Part shown: piece by piece, positions 61,409 to 64,000 of the stretch
Layout: every line of letters begins with the position of its first letter
Numbering within the stretch: position 1 is the first letter of the stretch
Source of the DNA: Spirochaetia bacterium
GTDB taxonomy: Bacteria > Spirochaetota > Spirochaetia > SZUA-6 > Bin103
Direction: 5' to 3'
Length of the DNA: 64,000 nt
Assembly (NCBI GenBank): GCA_965208575.1
Contig: CBDBOV010000006.1
Span: 768,001 to 832,000, forward strand
Position numbers and translations under genes: made by a program
Notes under the pieces: generated by a model
What the model was told of the DNA's origin: nothing
The model's database searches: none
The model's input: only the letters and a program-made list of their open reading frames with translations

Positions 61409-64000
61409 ATGGTGGCGCTGGCGCTGCGCAGCGCGAGATTTGCCCTGAGCACGGTGACCGGCAAGCGGCGCGTCATCGGAATCGTGCTGCTGCTCGCGCT
61501 GCTGATTCCGTTCTTTGCGCTCAATCGGCTGCCCAAGCTGGACACCGTGCGCGCCGACCTGGCGCTGGCGCTGGCGCCCACCGCGGAGTGCTTTCAGGGG
61601 TTCTGCATCGAGCGCGAGCCCGAGTCCACCTTCCTGCAGCGCTGGTGGCGGTTCTCGCTCACCTACCTGCAACTGGTCACCGCCGGCATGGTGTTCGCGT
61701 TCCTGGCGGGTGGCATCGCCGAGACCTTCCTGATGCCCGCGCCCGCCACCGGCGGCGCCGGATCGCCGCGGCTGCTCGGGGGGCGCTGGGGCCGCATCCT
61801 GAAGGGGCTCGGCATGGGCCCGGTGGTGAACCTGTGCTCAGCGTGTATCGTTCCCGTGTCGAGCGCCATGCACCGGCGCGGGCTCGGCATCGAGGGGTCG
61901 CTGGCGCTGGTGCACGGGTCGGCGACCCTCAACGTGCCCTCGCTGCTGATGATCGCGGTGGTGTTCTCGCCGCTGCTCGGCGCCAGCCGGCTCGCGCTCG
62001 GGCTGACGGCGGCCTTCCTGCTCGGCCCGCTGGTGCTGTGGGTGGCGCGGACGGCTGCCGCGCGACCGGCCGCCTGGGCGGCCTCGGCCGAGGAGGCGGC
62101 GTGCGCGCTGCCGGCGTGGGGGGATGGCGGCGTCCCGGGCGAGCCGCGGCGCCAGGGGTCGGAGGAGCAGACTTCCGCCACCGGGCGTCCCGAAACCAAA
62201 GCCGCCGGCGCCCCATCCGGGTCTCGCAGCCCGTGGTGGAACCCGGCGTCGCACCGAGAGCGGCGAGGCGCCCGCCTGGCAGGGCGCGACGAAACGAGCA
62301 TTTCGGGCATGGGTGAGCGAGCCGCAACGCAGCCAGCCGGGAGGATGCATCGCCGCGCGAATGGAGCCGGAGTTTCGCCACCGGCCGCTGGCGCGCGACC
62401 GGACGCCTGGGCAGCCGCGCCCAAGGATGCGGCGTGTGAGCTGCCGGGATGGGGGCCGCACGGCGCCCCAGGTGGACCAGAGCGGCAGGAGGCCGGGCAG
62501 CACAACTTCGCGAGCGGGCGCCTCGAGATCGTCGCTGGCGGCATCGCCTCCGGGTGTGCCCAAACCGTCGCCGGCGGCGCGGCTTTCGGCCCAACCCGGC
62601 CTGCGCCGGGAGCGTTCCGCAAGCCGGCAGACTCGTGGGCCGCGGTCGCGGTGGCCGGCGTGCGGCAGTGGGCGCGCGCCACCGGGCGCCTGGTGGTGCA
62701 GATGGCGCCGCTGATGGTGGTAGCGGGCTTCGCCAGCGGTGCGGCGATCCAGCTCCTGCAGCCGGAGACGGTCGACGCCTACCTCGGCGACAGCCTCTCG
62801 GGGGTGCTGGCGGCGGCCACCCTGGGCGTGCTGATCAACGTGCCGCTGCTGTTCGAGATTCCGCTGGTCGCGCTGCTGTTGGTGCTGGGGGCGGGGGCGG
62901 CGCCGAGCGCGGCGCTGCTGTTCGCCGCCGCGGCCGGGGGACCGATCACGTTCTGGGGGCTGGCGCGGACGGTCGGCCGCCGCGGCATCGCGGCCTACGC
63001 GGCCGGCACCTGGGCGATCGCCGTGCTGGGCGGGCTGCTGGTGCTGGCGGTGAGCACGCAGTTCCCGGCCCTGCCGCCGTTGCGGGCGGCGATGGTGCCG
63101 GCGGCGCCGCCCGCCGTGAAGCAGACCCCGGCGGGGCCGACCCACGCGCGCCCGGCGGACGCGGTGCCGCTGGAGTTCCGCGACGTCAGCGTCGCCGCCG
63201 GGGTGTCCGGCGACATCTACCACTCCATCGCGACCCACAGTTTGGGCGTGAACTGGATCGACGTGAACCGGGACGGCTGGCCCGACCTGTTCGCGGTGCG
63301 CGGCGATGCCGGGCTCGCACCGCGCCTGTTTCTGAACCGCGGCGACGGCAGCTTCGAGCCGCGCCATGACCTGCTGCCGGAGTTGCCCGCCATGGAGATG
63401 TCGGGCTCGGTGTTCGCCGACTACGACAACGACGGCGACGACGACATCTACGTGTACACCGACCACCCGGAGTGGAGCCTGCAGGGATACAACGCGCCCG
63501 ACGGGCCGCCCAACCTGCTGCTCAAGAATCTTTTCTCCGAGCACGGCGGCCGCCTGCCTGCCGCCGGGCCGTTGTTCGCGGAGGTGGCCGCGGCCGCCGG
63601 AGTGGACGACCTGGCGCCGGCTCCGTTCGGGGAGCTGCCGGCGTACCGCACCAAGGCGGCCAACTGGCTCGACTACGACCGCGACGGCTGCGTCGACCTG
63701 TACGTCGGCCACATCGTGATCAACAACGAGGCGGACCCGGCCAACCGCGACCGCCTGTTTCACAACGAGTGCGACGGCACCTTCACCGATGCCACCGACC
63801 ACGCGCTGCCCCTGACCGCCGACTATCGCGCCGCGCTGGTGGTGTACGGCGCCCACCTCGACGACGACCTGTGGCCCGACCTGTACGTGGTGAACGTGGC
63901 CGGCAACGGCGCCAACCGGACGCTGCACACCGACCAGGTCTACCGCAACCGGGGCGGCCGCTTCGTGCAGGTGTTCGCCGACTGGCCGTGGATCGGCGAC
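61409..64000 (+). CDS. DUF318/ArsP-like permease fused to FG-GAP (CRTAC1-like) propeller; runs off the window end
   Basis: Manual translation, open for 864 codons: TM region with NLCSACIVP, GSATLN and INVPLLFEIP, then DVNRDGWPDL, DYDNDGDDDIY, DYDRDGCVDLY; missing from the ORF track because it has no stop. Confidence 0.82.
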   Translation, partial: MVALALRSARFALSTVTGKRRVIGIVLLLALLIPFFALNRLPKLDTVRADLALALAPTAECFQGFCIEREPESTFLQRWWRFSLTYLQLVTAGMVFAFLAGGIAETFLMPAPATGGAGSPRLLGGRWGRILKGLGMGPVVNLCSACIVPVSSAMHRRGLGIEGSLALVHGSATLNVPSLLMIAVVFSPLLGASRLALGLTAAFLLGPLVLWVARTAAARPAAWAASAEEAACALPAWGDGGVPGEPRRQGSEEQTSATGRPETKAAGAPSGSRSPWWNPASHRERRGARLAGRDETSISGMGERAATQPAGRMHRRANGAGVSPPAAGARPDAWAAAPKDAACELPGWGPHGAPGGPERQEAGQHNFASGRLEIVAGGIASGCAQTVAGGAAFGPTRPAPGAFRKPADSWAAVAVAGVRQWARATGRLVVQMAPLMVVAGFASGAAIQLLQPETVDAYLGDSLSGVLAAATLGVLINVPLLFEIPLVALLLVLGAGAAPSAALLFAAAAGGPITFWGLARTVGRRGIAAYAAGTWAIAVLGGLLVLAVSTQFPALPPLRAAMVPAAPPAVKQTPAGPTHARPADAVPLEFRDVSVAAGVSGDIYHSIATHSLGVNWIDVNRDGWPDLFAVRGDAGLAPRLFLNRGDGSFEPRHDLLPELPAMEMSGSVFADYDNDGDDDIYVYTDHPEWSLQGYNAPDGPPNLLLKNLFSEHGGRLPAAGPLFAEVAAAAGVDDLAPAPFGELPAYRTKAANWLDYDRDGCVDLYVGHIVINNEADPANRDRLFHNECDGTFTDATDHALPLTADYRAALVVYGAHLDDDLWPDLYVVNVAGNGANRTLHTDQVYRNRGGRFVQVFADWPWIGD

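Noticed and set aside
61838-63928. 696-aa minus-strand ORF
   Set aside because: Shadow of the plus-strand permease-FG-GAP fusion that starts at 61409.

Overview
High-GC bacterial DNA, inferred to be a Spirochaetota-like organism and possibly host- or sponge-associated. The basis is SBP signal peptides ending in 'LWAAGAEE' with no lipobox Cys, plus FG-GAP/CRTAC1 proteins. The window is dominated by an array of family-5 (Opp/Dpp/Nik-type) ABC importer cassettes: 9 intact substrate-binding protein (SBP) genes plus 1 remnant, 8 intact or edge-truncated DppB-like and 6 intact DppC-like permeases, several decayed permease fragments, and no DppD/F ATPase. These cassettes are interleaved with three type II TA pairs (VapBC, HigBA, RHH-MazF), four AAA-ATPase/PD-(D/E)XK nuclease paralogs, an AAA_14/DUF4143 ATPase, an ABC-type ATPase plus DUF4276-like pair, and catabolic enzymes (GDH, Zn-ADH, PhyH, SDR, amidase, aldolase-like, VOC, desaturase-like). 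The most striking unexplained structure is a modular 5' leader repeated in whole or part upstream of five intact SBP genes and one remnant. It consists of a TTGACA promoter, a variable poly-C tract, a conserved micro-ORF MILKEPxxRAA and three conserved hairpins with covariation and a possible pseudoknot or switch. Other notable features are several in-frame palindromic micro-insertions in genes and a DUF318/ArsP-like permease fused to an FG-GAP propeller that runs off the window end. No rRNA, tRNA, CRISPR array or transposase was recognised.
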